A stretch of 40,768 nucleotides of DNA from a virus (IMGVR_UViG_3300014657_000050:1-40768), one strand, 5' to 3'; shown: positions 18,898-27,632, numbered from the stretch's first letter. Program-made: numbers and translations. The notes: generated by a model from the sequence alone, not told the origin.

Positions 18898-19487
18898 ACA
18901 TCGCCGCCCTCATAACCGCCAACGCGGCGCGCTGGCGTGCCATGCACGTCAATACCTTGCGCGCGCCATTGGTCGATGAAGTGGCGGCGCGCCTGGTCGC
19001 GCCCGACGCCAAGGCGCAATACCAGGAAGTGTCGGCCGCAACCGACGTGCCTTGGTTTGTCATCGCGGTCATTCACGAACGCGAATCCTCGCAAAGCTGG
19101 AGGGCCTCCCTCGCGCAAGGGGACCCATGGAACGAAGTCAGTATCCATGTGCCGCGTGGCATCGGCCCGTTCGGCTCCTGGATCGCCGCTGCCGAATACG
19201 CCCTGAAAAACTGCGCCCCCTTCGCCGCCAAGTGGACCGACTGGTCTGTGGGCGGCCTATTGACTCTACTTGAAGAATACAACGGTTTGGGCTACGCCAA
19301 CCGTGGCGTGCCATCGCCTTACGTGTGGGCCTCAACCGACCAGTATGTGCGCGGCAAATACGTGGCCGATGGGCATTACGATCCATCGGCGGTTGACACG
19401 CAATTGGGCTGTGCGGCCCTCCTGGCGCGCATGGCCTTGATCGACGCCGACGTGAAAGCGGGGTTAGGCAATGGCAACAGCACGTGA
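18894..19487 (+). CDS. endolysin, lysozyme family (COG5526-like)
   Basis: VPWFVIAVIHERES, LAQGDP, EEYNGLGY, PSPYVW, GKYVADG and QLGCA motifs. Confidence 0.9.
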   Translation: MNIAALITANAARWRAMHVNTLRAPLVDEVAARLVAPDAKAQYQEVSAATDVPWFVIAVIHERESSQSWRASLAQGDPWNEVSIHVPRGIGPFGSWIAAAEYALKNCAPFAAKWTDWSVGGLLTLLEEYNGLGYANRGVPSPYVWASTDQYVRGKYVADGHYDPSAVDTQLGCAALLARMALIDADVKAGLGNGNST

Positions 19488-19689
19488 CTACGAAACCGGC
19501 GCCATTGCGGCGCTAACAGTCGTCAATGCGGACATCGAGAAAGACGTGCCGAGCTTCTTTCAGGACGAAATCAGCGACGCCGAGAAGCAGCAGATCGCGG
19601 CGGAAGTCGCCAAGGCGGTCATAGATGCGGTCGATAAGGACCGCGCCAACCTGCCTCCTGGGCAATCGACGCAGGCTCCCAAATCATGA
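19471..19689 (+). CDS. hypothetical protein
   Basis: Overlap-coupled within the lysis block. Confidence 0.6.
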   Translation: MATARDYETGAIAALTVVNADIEKDVPSFFQDEISDAEKQQIAAEVAKAVIDAVDKDRANLPPGQSTQAPKS

Positions 19690-19946
19690 GCGATCCACAA
19701 TCCCCAGCTATCGGCGGCCTCACCATTGTTCCGGTCACGTCGGCGTGGGCGTCCAAGGTGAATTGGACACAAGCCGTTTCCGGCTTCGCCATGATCTTGG
19801 CATTCGTCACCAGCGGCCACATCAGCATGACCCCCGAGCAACAAATGGCCCTCGTCGTCACGATCGGCGTGGCAACCAACATTGCCACCTGGATTCTCCA
19901 CACGTTCTTTACGCCCGGCGTAAAGGCCGCTTCGCTCACCAAATAA
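19686..19946 (+). CDS. putative holin
   Basis: 86 aa with two hydrophobic segments, near the endolysin. Confidence 0.65.
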   Translation: MSDPQSPAIGGLTIVPVTSAWASKVNWTQAVSGFAMILAFVTSGHISMTPEQQMALVVTIGVATNIATWILHTFFTPGVKAASLTK

Positions 19947-19957
19947 GGAGAACGGCT

Positions 19958-20494
19958 GTGAAGAAGAAGATTGTCGCGCTCATTTGTTTGTTTGCTCTTT
20001 TGGCCCCACATGCGCTGGCGCAGCCGAAGGCAACCACTGCGGCTCCGAAAGTGCGCCCAACCGTCGCGCAGGTGCAGCAGAATCCGCTGCTGGTGCTCCA
20101 GCAGTTCACCGTCACGGACCTGCAGGCCGCGCTTGCCGATGCGCAGGCGCAGACGCCGCCCGACCAGACGGCGATCCAGTGCTATCAGGCACTCATCCCG
20201 TTCGTGAACAATCAGACGCAGTCGATCCTTCCGACAGGCGCTGGCGCTTTCCAGGCGCTCCAGAAGGCGCGCGATGCGAAAGCCTACATCTCGAATATTC
20301 AATCGCCGACCGGGCCGCTCGCAGCGCTTAATCTCGCCTGTGCGCCGCTCGTATTAGATGTTCAGAACACTTTGCTGACGATGGGCGTCACGCTCGGCAT
20401 CGTTGCCAATCCGGCAGGCGCTGCCGGCGCAGGTGCCGCTGCTCTTGGTATTCCGGCCGCCGTCGCTGCATTCCTCAATCTTCCAAAACTCTGA
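19958..20494 (+). CDS. exported/membrane protein of the lysis block
   Basis: AAGGAG RBS, GTG start, signal peptide, two Cys in the mature part, hydrophobic C-terminus. Confidence 0.7.
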   Translation: MKKKIVALICLFALLAPHALAQPKATTAAPKVRPTVAQVQQNPLLVLQQFTVTDLQAALADAQAQTPPDQTAIQCYQALIPFVNNQTQSILPTGAGAFQALQKARDAKAYISNIQSPTGPLAALNLACAPLVLDVQNTLLTMGVTLGIVANPAGAAGAGAAALGIPAAVAAFLNLPKL

Positions 20495-20498
20495 GCCT

Positions 20499-20547
20499 GG
20501 GTGACCGCACTGCGTTCGTGAGCCCCGCCCGCGAATGAGACAAAACC
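20499..20547 (+). repeat. solo copy E of the bipartite repeat
   Basis: GGGTGACCGCAC...GCGAATGAGACAAAACC. Confidence 0.75.
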
Positions 20548-21204
20548 TTGATCTGCGACCTTGAGTGCGTCACCGCCTGCTCGGAAACCTACCAGCAGCC
20601 GGCGACACTCCCTGTCCCTTTGTCCGGCGCCTACGCCCGCATCGCCACCGCAAGCGACGGCGTGACGCAGCTCGTCGCCTTTCGCGGCTCGATCACGCCC
20701 GAGGACTGGATACGCGATTTCATCTTCCTGCCGATCGAGACCACCACTCATCCGCAGCTCGGGCCGTGCCACGCCGGGTTCCTCGACGACGCCATGAGCA
20801 TCGTGCCCGAAGTGCTCAACGCGGTGGGCGACAAGCCTTCGATCTACACCGGGCATTCGCTGGGCGGCGCCGTGGCGCTCGGGGTTGCTGCCTTGATGTA
20901 CGCCGCCGGCAAGATGCCGGTTAAGGTGGTGACCTTCGGCGCGCCGCGGTTCGGCATGAGGGACTTCGTCAATTTCACGTCGCCGCTGGCGATCACGCAG
21001 TACCGCCGCGGCAACGACATCGTGCCCGAAGTTCCACACGACGTGCCGCCGCTATTCATGTTCCTTGACACGCGGGATCCTCTCATCGAGATAGGGCACG
21101 CAAGTTTAGACGTGCTGTCCACCCACCACATCGAAGGGTACTGTGCCGACATAGTCTCGTTCGAGGGCGTGCCAAAAACATCAACAGCAGGAGCGCCCGC
21201 TTGA
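20548..21204 (+). CDS. class 3 lipase
   Basis: VAFRGS, HAGF, TGHSLGGA, TFGAPR, NDIVP and a terminal HxIxGY motif. Confidence 0.9.
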   Translation: MICDLECVTACSETYQQPATLPVPLSGAYARIATASDGVTQLVAFRGSITPEDWIRDFIFLPIETTTHPQLGPCHAGFLDDAMSIVPEVLNAVGDKPSIYTGHSLGGAVALGVAALMYAAGKMPVKVVTFGAPRFGMRDFVNFTSPLAITQYRRGNDIVPEVPHDVPPLFMFLDTRDPLIEIGHASLDVLSTHHIEGYCADIVSFEGVPKTSTAGAPA

Positions 21205-21205
21205 C

Positions 21206-21484
21206 ATGGACATCGAAACTTTCGGCCTCCACGGCTCCATCCTCATTGCCGGCTTTGCCGGCGGCCTGTGTTACGTCCTCTCAGGCAAGCCGACAATCCG
21301 GGAGGCCGTGAGCAACCTGGTGGTCGCCACCCTCACCACGAACTACAGCTACGAACTCGGTTCCCGCTGGCTTGGGGCTGGAACGGGAATAGGGCTCGCT
21401 GCGTTTGCTACAGGGGTGGCTGCGCCGCTCATCATCCGCTATTTGATCGGCCGCGCTCAAAAGTTCAGCGGAGAAGCCAAATGA
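21206..21484 (+). CDS. holin-like membrane protein
   Basis: IAGFAGG; about three hydrophobic segments. Confidence 0.65.
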   Translation: MDIETFGLHGSILIAGFAGGLCYVLSGKPTIREAVSNLVVATLTTNYSYELGSRWLGAGTGIGLAAFATGVAAPLIIRYLIGRAQKFSGEAK

Positions 21485-21852
21485 CGGAACTTTGTTCCAT
21501 CAACGGAGCGCTCTGGACCATGGTGCTCTCCTGCTTCGACCTCATGGCTGCTTTCGTCATCTTCGCGCTAATGATCCGCACCACAGGCCACGCTTCGTGG
21601 AACGGCGATCCGGTCGGCCGCTGGGCCATGGTGCGGCGGTACGTTTATCTGTTGGTGGTGTTCGACCTGTTCGTGCGCGCGGTGTTCCATGCCGATCCGC
21701 ATCTCGCGGCTCCTTGGATGGAGGCGGTCACCGGAATCGTCGTCGTCAGTGCGTTGGTATTTTTCCTGTGGACGCGAGCCTATGGGCTGGTCGACCAGGA
21801 TCATTGGCTCGGACTGCGGGGGCGTGGGGCCCGGCAGCGGTCGCAATACTAG
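21481..21852 (+). CDS. membrane protein
   Basis: Three hydrophobic segments; ATGA coupling. Confidence 0.65.
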   Translation: MTELCSINGALWTMVLSCFDLMAAFVIFALMIRTTGHASWNGDPVGRWAMVRRYVYLLVVFDLFVRAVFHADPHLAAPWMEAVTGIVVVSALVFFLWTRAYGLVDQDHWLGLRGRGARQRSQY

Positions 21853-22019
21853 GCGCTGGGCTTCGTGGGGCCGCCCATCGCGGCCTGCCAAACCACAAGC
21901 CAATCGCCGATCGCCGTCGCATCCTCGGGAGGCAGCCAGTAGCCATCGCTGGGCCGGTTGGTGTGGCCGTGGCTCCAATGCTCGGAGATGCGGCGGACGA
22001 TTTCTCGAAGCTCGGCCAT
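21849..22019 (-). CDS. hypothetical protein
   Basis: Last gene of a small minus-strand cluster. Confidence 0.4.
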   Translation of the reverse strand: MAELREIVRRISEHWSHGHTNRPSDGYWLPPEDATAIGDWLVVWQAAMGGPTKPSA

Positions 22020-22023
22020 CGGT

Positions 22024-22218
22024 CTATCCGTAGTGCCGCACGCCGCTTCCTTGCAGGATAAAGCCGAACTCTGCCCATCCGAGCAAGAACAGCAGAAACC
22101 AGAGGAAGATGCTTGTGATATAGGGGCCGCGCTGGCCACCCCAGCCGAACCACCCGACCCCGCCGAAGGCGATCAGCCAAAGGATCATCAGAGCCCAAAA
22201 TAAAATACCGATCGGCAT
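22024..22218 (-). CDS. small two-TM membrane protein
   Basis: GGAGG RBS; Trp/Gly-rich hydrophobic sequence. Confidence 0.7.
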   Translation of the reverse strand: MPIGILFWALMILWLIAFGGVGWFGWGGQRGPYITSIFLWFLLFLLGWAEFGFILQGSGVRHYG

Positions 22219-22227
22219 GGTAGCCTC

Positions 22228-22440
22228 CTATTGTGCGGGCGCGGCCCAATCGACGAACTTCTCCCACCAGCTTTTTTCGTGCAGCACCTCGCGCGGCACC
22301 GGCACGACATGCACAAGCCCGGCTTCGTGATCGACCGCAAGGAACGGCACCGCGTGCGGTGGGACCTTGATCGCAAGCCGGCGCTCGGCCTTGATGATCT
22401 TCGGAAGGTTGCGCCGCTGCGGGCGCTTCTGCTTCGACAT
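22228..22440 (-). CDS. hypothetical protein
   Basis: GAGG RBS; upstream of the membrane gene. Confidence 0.55.
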   Translation of the reverse strand: MSKQKRPQRRNLPKIIKAERRLAIKVPPHAVPFLAVDHEAGLVHVVPVPREVLHEKSWWEKFVDWAAPAQ

Positions 22441-22559
22441 CGACGTTTCCTCTGACCCGTCACGGGCCAGATCGACAACGCGGCGTTGCTTGTTAAAGTT
22501 CCCTTTGGGCTAATTCCCCTCGGCGCGTTCAATCCCCTTACCCTGCGCGCCGCGACTTG

Positions 22560-22585
22560 GGCCAGCCTTCGGGCTGGCCTTTTTT
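22560..22585 (+). terminator. intrinsic terminator
   Basis: GGCCAGCC-TTCG-GGCTGGCC-TTTTTT. Confidence 0.85.
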
Positions 22586-22656
22586 GTTGTCCACACGCCC
22601 CCTTGCACCGCCCCATTCCCCCGCTACCGTGCCGCGCACACGGAGGGAATCAAGCC

Positions 22657-23379
22657 ATGCGGCTCCTTGCAGTTCTCGCTGTCCTGATGTTCGTGCCGGT
22701 CACGGCCAACGCCGCCGATCGGCGGGTGCCCCCGTACGCCGCCCCCACGCCGCCGCTATGGCCGTGGTCGACGCATCCGTGGCTGGCCCCGGTGGACCAT
22801 GACCAGGTCCGCCACAAACGCCACAAGGGCTATCGCCACGGCCGAAAGCACCATTTTACCCATGTGGCGGCCCACAAAGCAGCGCCAGTGCATTCCCGGC
22901 GCCAGGTGGCTACCGAACACCCCTCCCAACACGCGGAGCATCAGGAGCGTTCCTTTGGGCTTGGTCACGGTTTGGTGACGGTATCGACGGCAGCCGGTCC
23001 CATTACCGTGTTTTACGCCGTGGCGGACAAGTTCCGCGAGCTGATCGCGCTGTTCGCGGCAGCCGGCTACACGCCGCACCATGTCGGGTGCTTCGCGGCA
23101 CACGGGCATATCAGGAACTCGCTGCACCACTCGGGGCGGGCCTGCGACTTCGACCAGACCGGATGGAACGCGACCGCACCGTTCATGTACACGCAACAGG
23201 CGCACGCGCTGGTGGCGTCTGTCGGGCTACGGGATGGGTGCGATTTTCATTCGCGTAGGGATTGTGGTCATGTCGATGCTGGCTCAGTGCGTCAAGCCAT
23301 ACGCACAAAGCATCAGAATTCCAACCGAGCCGATCGCGAAAACGATAACCGGCACCGTCGGCAGCCAAAAGCTTCGTAG
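22657..23379 (+). CDS. secreted His-rich protein with M15-like peptidase domain
   Basis: GGAGGG RBS, signal peptide, SLHHSGRACDFDQ...DCGHVD. Confidence 0.75.
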   Translation: MRLLAVLAVLMFVPVTANAADRRVPPYAAPTPPLWPWSTHPWLAPVDHDQVRHKRHKGYRHGRKHHFTHVAAHKAAPVHSRRQVATEHPSQHAEHQERSFGLGHGLVTVSTAAGPITVFYAVADKFRELIALFAAAGYTPHHVGCFAAHGHIRNSLHHSGRACDFDQTGWNATAPFMYTQQAHALVASVGLRDGCDFHSRRDCGHVDAGSVRQAIRTKHQNSNRADRENDNRHRRQPKAS

Positions 23380-23381
23380 CA

Positions 23382-23777
23382 TTATTTCAGCCGCGCCTCC
23401 TGCTGCACCCGCGCGAAATCTTCCAGCACCGCGACGGTCGGGCTCCAATCGCGATCGATGTAGCACGGGATCAGCTTCGACTGCATCTTGCCGTGCTTGA
23501 CCTGCTCGATCACCGGGCAACTACAGCCCGGAAGACTCGCGAACAGGCTCAAAGCTGGATCACCAAAGGTCCATACTGCCGCCGCTGGCGTGTAGCCATC
23601 AAAATGATGAAGATGCGCCGATACCAGTTCATCCTCGCAGAACCCGGCAGCCTCGGCGAATAGCTCAACTCGCTGGCTCTCGCTCAAACCTTCCCGCGTC
23701 AGCGCGTCGATCTGCGCGATGTGCGCTGCCTTGAGCGTGGCGGCGTAGCTTGTCTGGTCGTGCTTGCGGTCACTCAT
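23382..23777 (-). CDS. hypothetical protein
   Basis: GGAGAGG RBS; leftward early region. Confidence 0.65.
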   Translation of the reverse strand: MSDRKHDQTSYAATLKAAHIAQIDALTREGLSESQRVELFAEAAGFCEDELVSAHLHHFDGYTPAAAVWTFGDPALSLFASLPGCSCPVIEQVKHGKMQSKLIPCYIDRDWSPTVAVLEDFARVQQEARLK

Positions 23778-24195
23778 GGTCCTCTCCCTTGTTTAGCGGT
23801 GGCGCTTGACAGTACGGCGCTTGCGGGCCGCTGGCTTTATGTCAGTGAACAGCGTTGCCCACTCGGTCTCGAATATTTTGCGCTCATAAGCACCTTCGGG
23901 ACCACTCATTGTGTGGGACAATGAGGCAATCGCGCTGGATAAACCCCGCTGTAGATCAGCGACGCGAAGCTTCACCAGAATATCCAACTTCTGCGCGATG
24001 TTGTGCGGCACTCGTTTGGCGGCGGCTTCCTGCACCAGATCACCGATGCGCTTTTCAAGCTTTTCGAAAATCTGATCCGCCATACGCTGCGATAACGCCG
24101 CCACAGCTTCGTTCAAGCTGTCGAAGCCGGTTATGATCGGCAAATCTTTGCTGTCCGGTCCCCACTCTTCAGCCACGGTCCTCTCCCTTGTTTAG
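23778..24195. repeat. 19-bp direct repeat GGTCCTCTCCCTTGTTTAG (23778-23796 and 24177-24195)
   Basis: Exact match. Both copies are the RBS regions of consecutive genes. Confidence 0.85.
23793..24176 (-). CDS. hypothetical protein (probable inserted gene)
   Basis: Flanked by the 19-bp direct repeat. Confidence 0.6.
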   Translation of the reverse strand: MAEEWGPDSKDLPIITGFDSLNEAVAALSQRMADQIFEKLEKRIGDLVQEAAAKRVPHNIAQKLDILVKLRVADLQRGLSSAIASLSHTMSGPEGAYERKIFETEWATLFTDIKPAARKRRTVKRHR

Positions 24196-24627
24196 AATCT
24201 GCTGCCTGCTTTCGCGCTCCGCGATCGTACAATACACCACGGCCCGCATGGCGACCAGATCGCCGCGCTTGGCATACAATCTTTCGGCCGCCAGAAATGG
24301 ATTAATCCCCAGCTCGTACCAGAACTGACGTTCTCCGATCCGATGCTGGCGCTCATGATGCGCGCGGCACACCGGAAGCGCCCAGCGATCGTCCGGCTTC
24401 TTCCCCATGCCGCCCTTCTTGCCGTGTGTGCCCGAACTCAACCGCAGGTGCGCCGCTTCACCTGCTGGATCCTGGGCGCAGTCCAGGCATGGGCATTGCC
24501 GCACCAGTGCCAAGTAAACGTCGTCTTTGCCGGCGACGAGGCGCGGCGGCTTGTGCTGCACGCGCTTGAGCAGCGAGCCGCGCGGCCAAGGCAGGACGAT
24601 GCGGTGGGGATGATCGGAGGGTTTCAT
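24169..24627 (-). CDS. DUF968-like / HNH-type putative nuclease
   Basis: YLALVRQCPCLDC...EAAH...GMGKKPDDRWALPVCRAHHERQH. Confidence 0.8.
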   Translation of the reverse strand: MKPSDHPHRIVLPWPRGSLLKRVQHKPPRLVAGKDDVYLALVRQCPCLDCAQDPAGEAAHLRLSSGTHGKKGGMGKKPDDRWALPVCRAHHERQHRIGERQFWYELGINPFLAAERLYAKRGDLVAMRAVVYCTIAERESRQQILNKGEDRG

Positions 24628-24788
24628 GGTCGATCAAGGTCCGCGTCGTCAGAATGGTCGTCAGCGACGAAAATCTCGCAGGCGTCGCAGTACCAACCTG
24701 CGCCAAAGATGCCCACGGAAGGATCGTCACCTTCGTAGGTGCCGGAGATGTCTGCGCCGCACTCGGGGCACTCGACTAATCTGCTCAC
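24624..24788 (-). CDS. small acidic zinc-ribbon protein
   Basis: Own translation: MSRLVECPECGADIS...WYCDAC; overlap-coupled on both sides. Confidence 0.6.
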   Translation of the reverse strand: MSRLVECPECGADISGTYEGDDPSVGIFGAGWYCDACEIFVADDHSDDADLDRP

Positions 24789-24955
24789 TTCCGCCCCCTC
24801 CCGTTCTCATAAGCCTCAAACAACCCTGCCGCCAAGCACAGCAGGAACACCCCCGCCATCATCGGCGTGCCGTTGTCGAAGTCCTTGACGGCCATCAGGT
24901 TGACGGCTTCGACCAGAAGGGCGCCGATGGTGAAGGCAAACAGGGGGTGCTTCAT
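24785..24955 (-). CDS. small membrane protein
   Basis: Two hydrophobic segments. Confidence 0.45.
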   Translation of the reverse strand: MKHPLFAFTIGALLVEAVNLMAVKDFDNGTPMMAGVFLLCLAAGLFEAYENGRGRK

Positions 24956-25135
24956 CTGACTGGTAATCCTATTGCTCGCAAGCAAGTTTTGCATGTCACG
25001 CATTCCTGTTCGGTGACGGCTTCAAAAACGTTGCACAATGCAGTGGCTCCTAAAAGAGGTTAAAGCGGCCCCCGCGCAGGGGATTGGGGTTGCGCGAGTA
25101 CGCGGAGGCCGCCGTCTGCTGCAGGCGCGGCGCCC

Positions 25136-26329
25136 TTAGCCTGCAGCAAGCACGTTGTCCGGCATCGGCTGCTTGTCGGGTGCGATCTTGGTTGCGCCGA
25201 AGTCCGGGATTTCGTCGTTCATAAGCTCGCTGGTGCGAATGATCTTGTAGGCGCCCTCTTTCAATTCGACCGGGAAGCCTTCGCGCAAACCATATTGCGA
25301 GTGATGGCCGGTCAACTCGACGTGCAGCGCATCGTACCCGGCCCGCAGATCAAACAGGCTGATCTGTTCCTCGATCGAGGTTTTCGACACGGTACCGAAG
25401 CATTTCTTGAGCAGGTCCGAGCGCTTGAGCTTTTCGGCCGCAGCCGTTCCACCGGCGCCGTGGCGCATCAACAAGTCGTTAAGCTCGTCGATGACGACGG
25501 CCCGCTGTAGCGCTTTGCTGTCGCGCGGCTCGGGCGACGGCATCGAGGCCGCCGACGTGCGCGTGGTATCGACGCCCATCTGTTTCGCGCCCAAGTTGAG
25601 GCATTTGATGTGCGGGAGAAACGTCTCAAAGGTCGGATCGGGAAACTCCTTGCCATCGAGCAACGTCGAGCGATCCTTGACCACGTGCGCCACGTGCTCG
25701 TCGGCCTTGGTCGCCATGTTCATCTGCCGTTCCATCAGAACGAGCAGATTTGGCTCGTATCCGGTTTCGCCCTCTGCCTTCATTTTAATGCCGGTTTTTT
25801 CGAGCTGCTTCTTGCCAGTCTCTTCGTCGGTGTTGAAATCATACTCGTAACCGGCTCTTCCGGCGAAAATGAAATGCAAGTTAGAATTGACGAAGCGATC
25901 CGTAAACCGCTGCCAGCCTTCTTCGCCCTTCAAGTAATTCCAGTCGTCGAAGCGCAACGCGCTGCGCTTCTTGGCGCGCAGATAAGCCGCGACGAATTCG
26001 CGCCAGATGTGAGTGGCGGAATCAACCAGCAGGATCGAGGCGTTCGCCTCGGCTTCGTCGATGATGGTGAGCAGGTCCGAGAACGCCCGCGTTTTGGCGG
26101 TCAATAACTTGATGCCAGCCGCTTCAATCCTCGGCCGCACCCAATCGCTGCCGGTTTCCGTGTCCATGAAGGCGATCGGCTTCTGCCCTTCCGGTAGCCC
26201 AAGCTCGCGCATCATCTGCACGAGGCCGATGGCGACGCTCGTCATGGTGTGAGTTTTTCCTGAGCCTTGGAATCCCATCAGGCCCATTTTCAGCTTAGCG
26301 GTGGTATTCTCTGCAGGCTTTAGCAACAT
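25136..26329 (-). CDS. AAA_24 family (Sak4-like) ATPase
   Basis: Walker A GFQGSGKT, DTETGS, Walker B LLVDSATHIW and VKDR motifs. Confidence 0.85.
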   Translation of the reverse strand: MLLKPAENTTAKLKMGLMGFQGSGKTHTMTSVAIGLVQMMRELGLPEGQKPIAFMDTETGSDWVRPRIEAAGIKLLTAKTRAFSDLLTIIDEAEANASILLVDSATHIWREFVAAYLRAKKRSALRFDDWNYLKGEEGWQRFTDRFVNSNLHFIFAGRAGYEYDFNTDEETGKKQLEKTGIKMKAEGETGYEPNLLVLMERQMNMATKADEHVAHVVKDRSTLLDGKEFPDPTFETFLPHIKCLNLGAKQMGVDTTRTSAASMPSPEPRDSKALQRAVVIDELNDLLMRHGAGGTAAAEKLKRSDLLKKCFGTVSKTSIEEQISLFDLRAGYDALHVELTGHHSQYGLREGFPVELKEGAYKIIRTSELMNDEIPDFGATKIAPDKQPMPDNVLAAG

Positions 26330-26396
26330 GGTACGCACTCCCCTTTGGTTGTTAGTTCCACTCACAATCTGGACACCGAGGGTGCCAGTCCTTGCC

Positions 26397-26579
26397 TTAA
26401 TGCGGCGCAGCGCCAAGCGCTGGCCCCGGCACATTGGCGGGGCCCGCTTTCTTCGCCTGCTGGCTCTCAAGCATCGCCTCATCCGCCTGCTTCGCCGCGA
26501 TGATGATTACGGCAATCATATACCCGAAGCTGGTGCCAACGACGGCACCAACGAAGCATCCAATGACGAAACCAAGCAT
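26397..26579 (-). CDS. small membrane protein
   Basis: GGAGG RBS; N-terminal TM segment followed by AAKQADE. Confidence 0.55.
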   Translation of the reverse strand: MLGFVIGCFVGAVVGTSFGYMIAVIIIAAKQADEAMLESQQAKKAGPANVPGPALGAAPH

Positions 26580-26818
26580 GGCGTTTCCTCCTGTGGGTGA
26601 AGCTTGTTGCCGTAGGTCTCTAGCGCGTCGGCGAGTTCGCGAAGCGATGCCACATCGCACGCCAATTGCCAGGCCGCATGGGCGCCGATGCTTTCGCCGC
26701 CGGCGGTGGCGCGCTTAAGCTCGTCGAGATAGCGGCCCTCGCGCTTCATGCGGTAGTGCAAGGTGCTGATCTGGTGATGCACCATTTCGATGGTGTCGGA
26801 GGCTGGGCGGTAGAACAT
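26516..26818 (-). CDS. hypothetical protein
   Basis: AAGGA RBS before ATG at 26818. Confidence 0.55.
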   Translation of the reverse strand: MFYRPASDTIEMVHHQISTLHYRMKREGRYLDELKRATAGGESIGAHAAWQLACDVASLRELADALETYGNKLHPQEETPCLVSSLDASLVPSLAPASGI

Positions 26819-26944
26819 GGTGGGTATTCCTTACTTTTCGGTTTTCGGAAAGATCGGCGGTACTGGTAGCGCCGAAATGGTGGCGGTCAACTGCTTCATG
26901 AGCGGCTCTTGCGCGTCTCGGTAGATTTCATGCTTATCCGGTTT

Positions 26945-27199
26945 TCACCCATGACCGCTAACTGTGGCGTGTTTCCACTTCCCGCTATAGAGGCCATCGT
27001 AGGTCGGGCTTTCGCCGTTCGCGCCGATACCGAGAAGCGAGCGGAAGCCGTTGAACGGATAGAAGCGCCGGTTAAAGCGGAAGGCGAACTCAAGGTAACG
27101 AGCGCAGGCTGCATCGTCCGGGAAAAGCTTCTGAAACTGCGGCAGAGAACGCGGGAAGGGCAGATTTTCCCATTGATGAACGTCGGGGATGGATGGCAC
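26945..27199 (-). pseudogene. IS1595 transposase with in-frame internal deletion
   Basis: N-terminal FPRSLPQFQKLFPDDAACARYLE is joined directly to C-terminal FAFRFNRRFYPFN...PTYDGLYSG. Confidence 0.85.
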
Positions 27200-27203
27200 G
27201 GGC

Positions 27204-27632
27204 TTAGTCCCGATACGGTTGCGGCGTTTGCCGTTCGATTTGCTTCTGCATCGCCACTTTATCGAAGGCGTTGCACCAACTCGGCTTTGCCAGCCACGCG
27301 GAAAGCCAGTTGTTCCATAAGTTCTCTATTATCGGGTCAACATAATCGTTTGGAGCGCGGCGAGGCTTCACTCGTTCCGGCCCATAGCTGTCCACGCTGG
27401 ACCACCCTTGAACGCCGAGTATTTGACCGCGCCTTGCGCGCTTGTCAGGTAAATACATGCCTAGATGATGCCGCAACCAAAACTCAAACGAGGGGCGGCA
27501 GACCAATTCAAGTTCAGCCTCATCATCATAATGAGTGTGCGGCGTGTCTTTGCCGCAGATTGGACAGGCGGAACTTGCCAGCAACGGCTTGTCATCATTC
27601 CATCCGGGCCACTTCGGTAACTTCTTGCTCAT
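27204..27632 (-). CDS. IS passenger hypothetical protein (CPICG..PHTH)
   Basis: GGAGG RBS; lower GC; immediately upstream of the transposase remnant. Confidence 0.6.
   Translation of the reverse strand: MSKKLPKWPGWNDDKPLLASSACPICGKDTPHTHYDDEAELELVCRPSFEFWLRHHLGMYLPDKRARRGQILGVQGWSSVDSYGPERVKPRRAPNDYVDPIIENLWNNWLSAWLAKPSWCNAFDKVAMQKQIERQTPQPYRD

Noticed and set aside
15386-20547. Repeat as a CRISPR array or integron attC sites
   Set aside because: Copies are dispersed and in both orientations, lack GTTRRRY/RYYYAAC palindromes, and no cas or intI gene is present.
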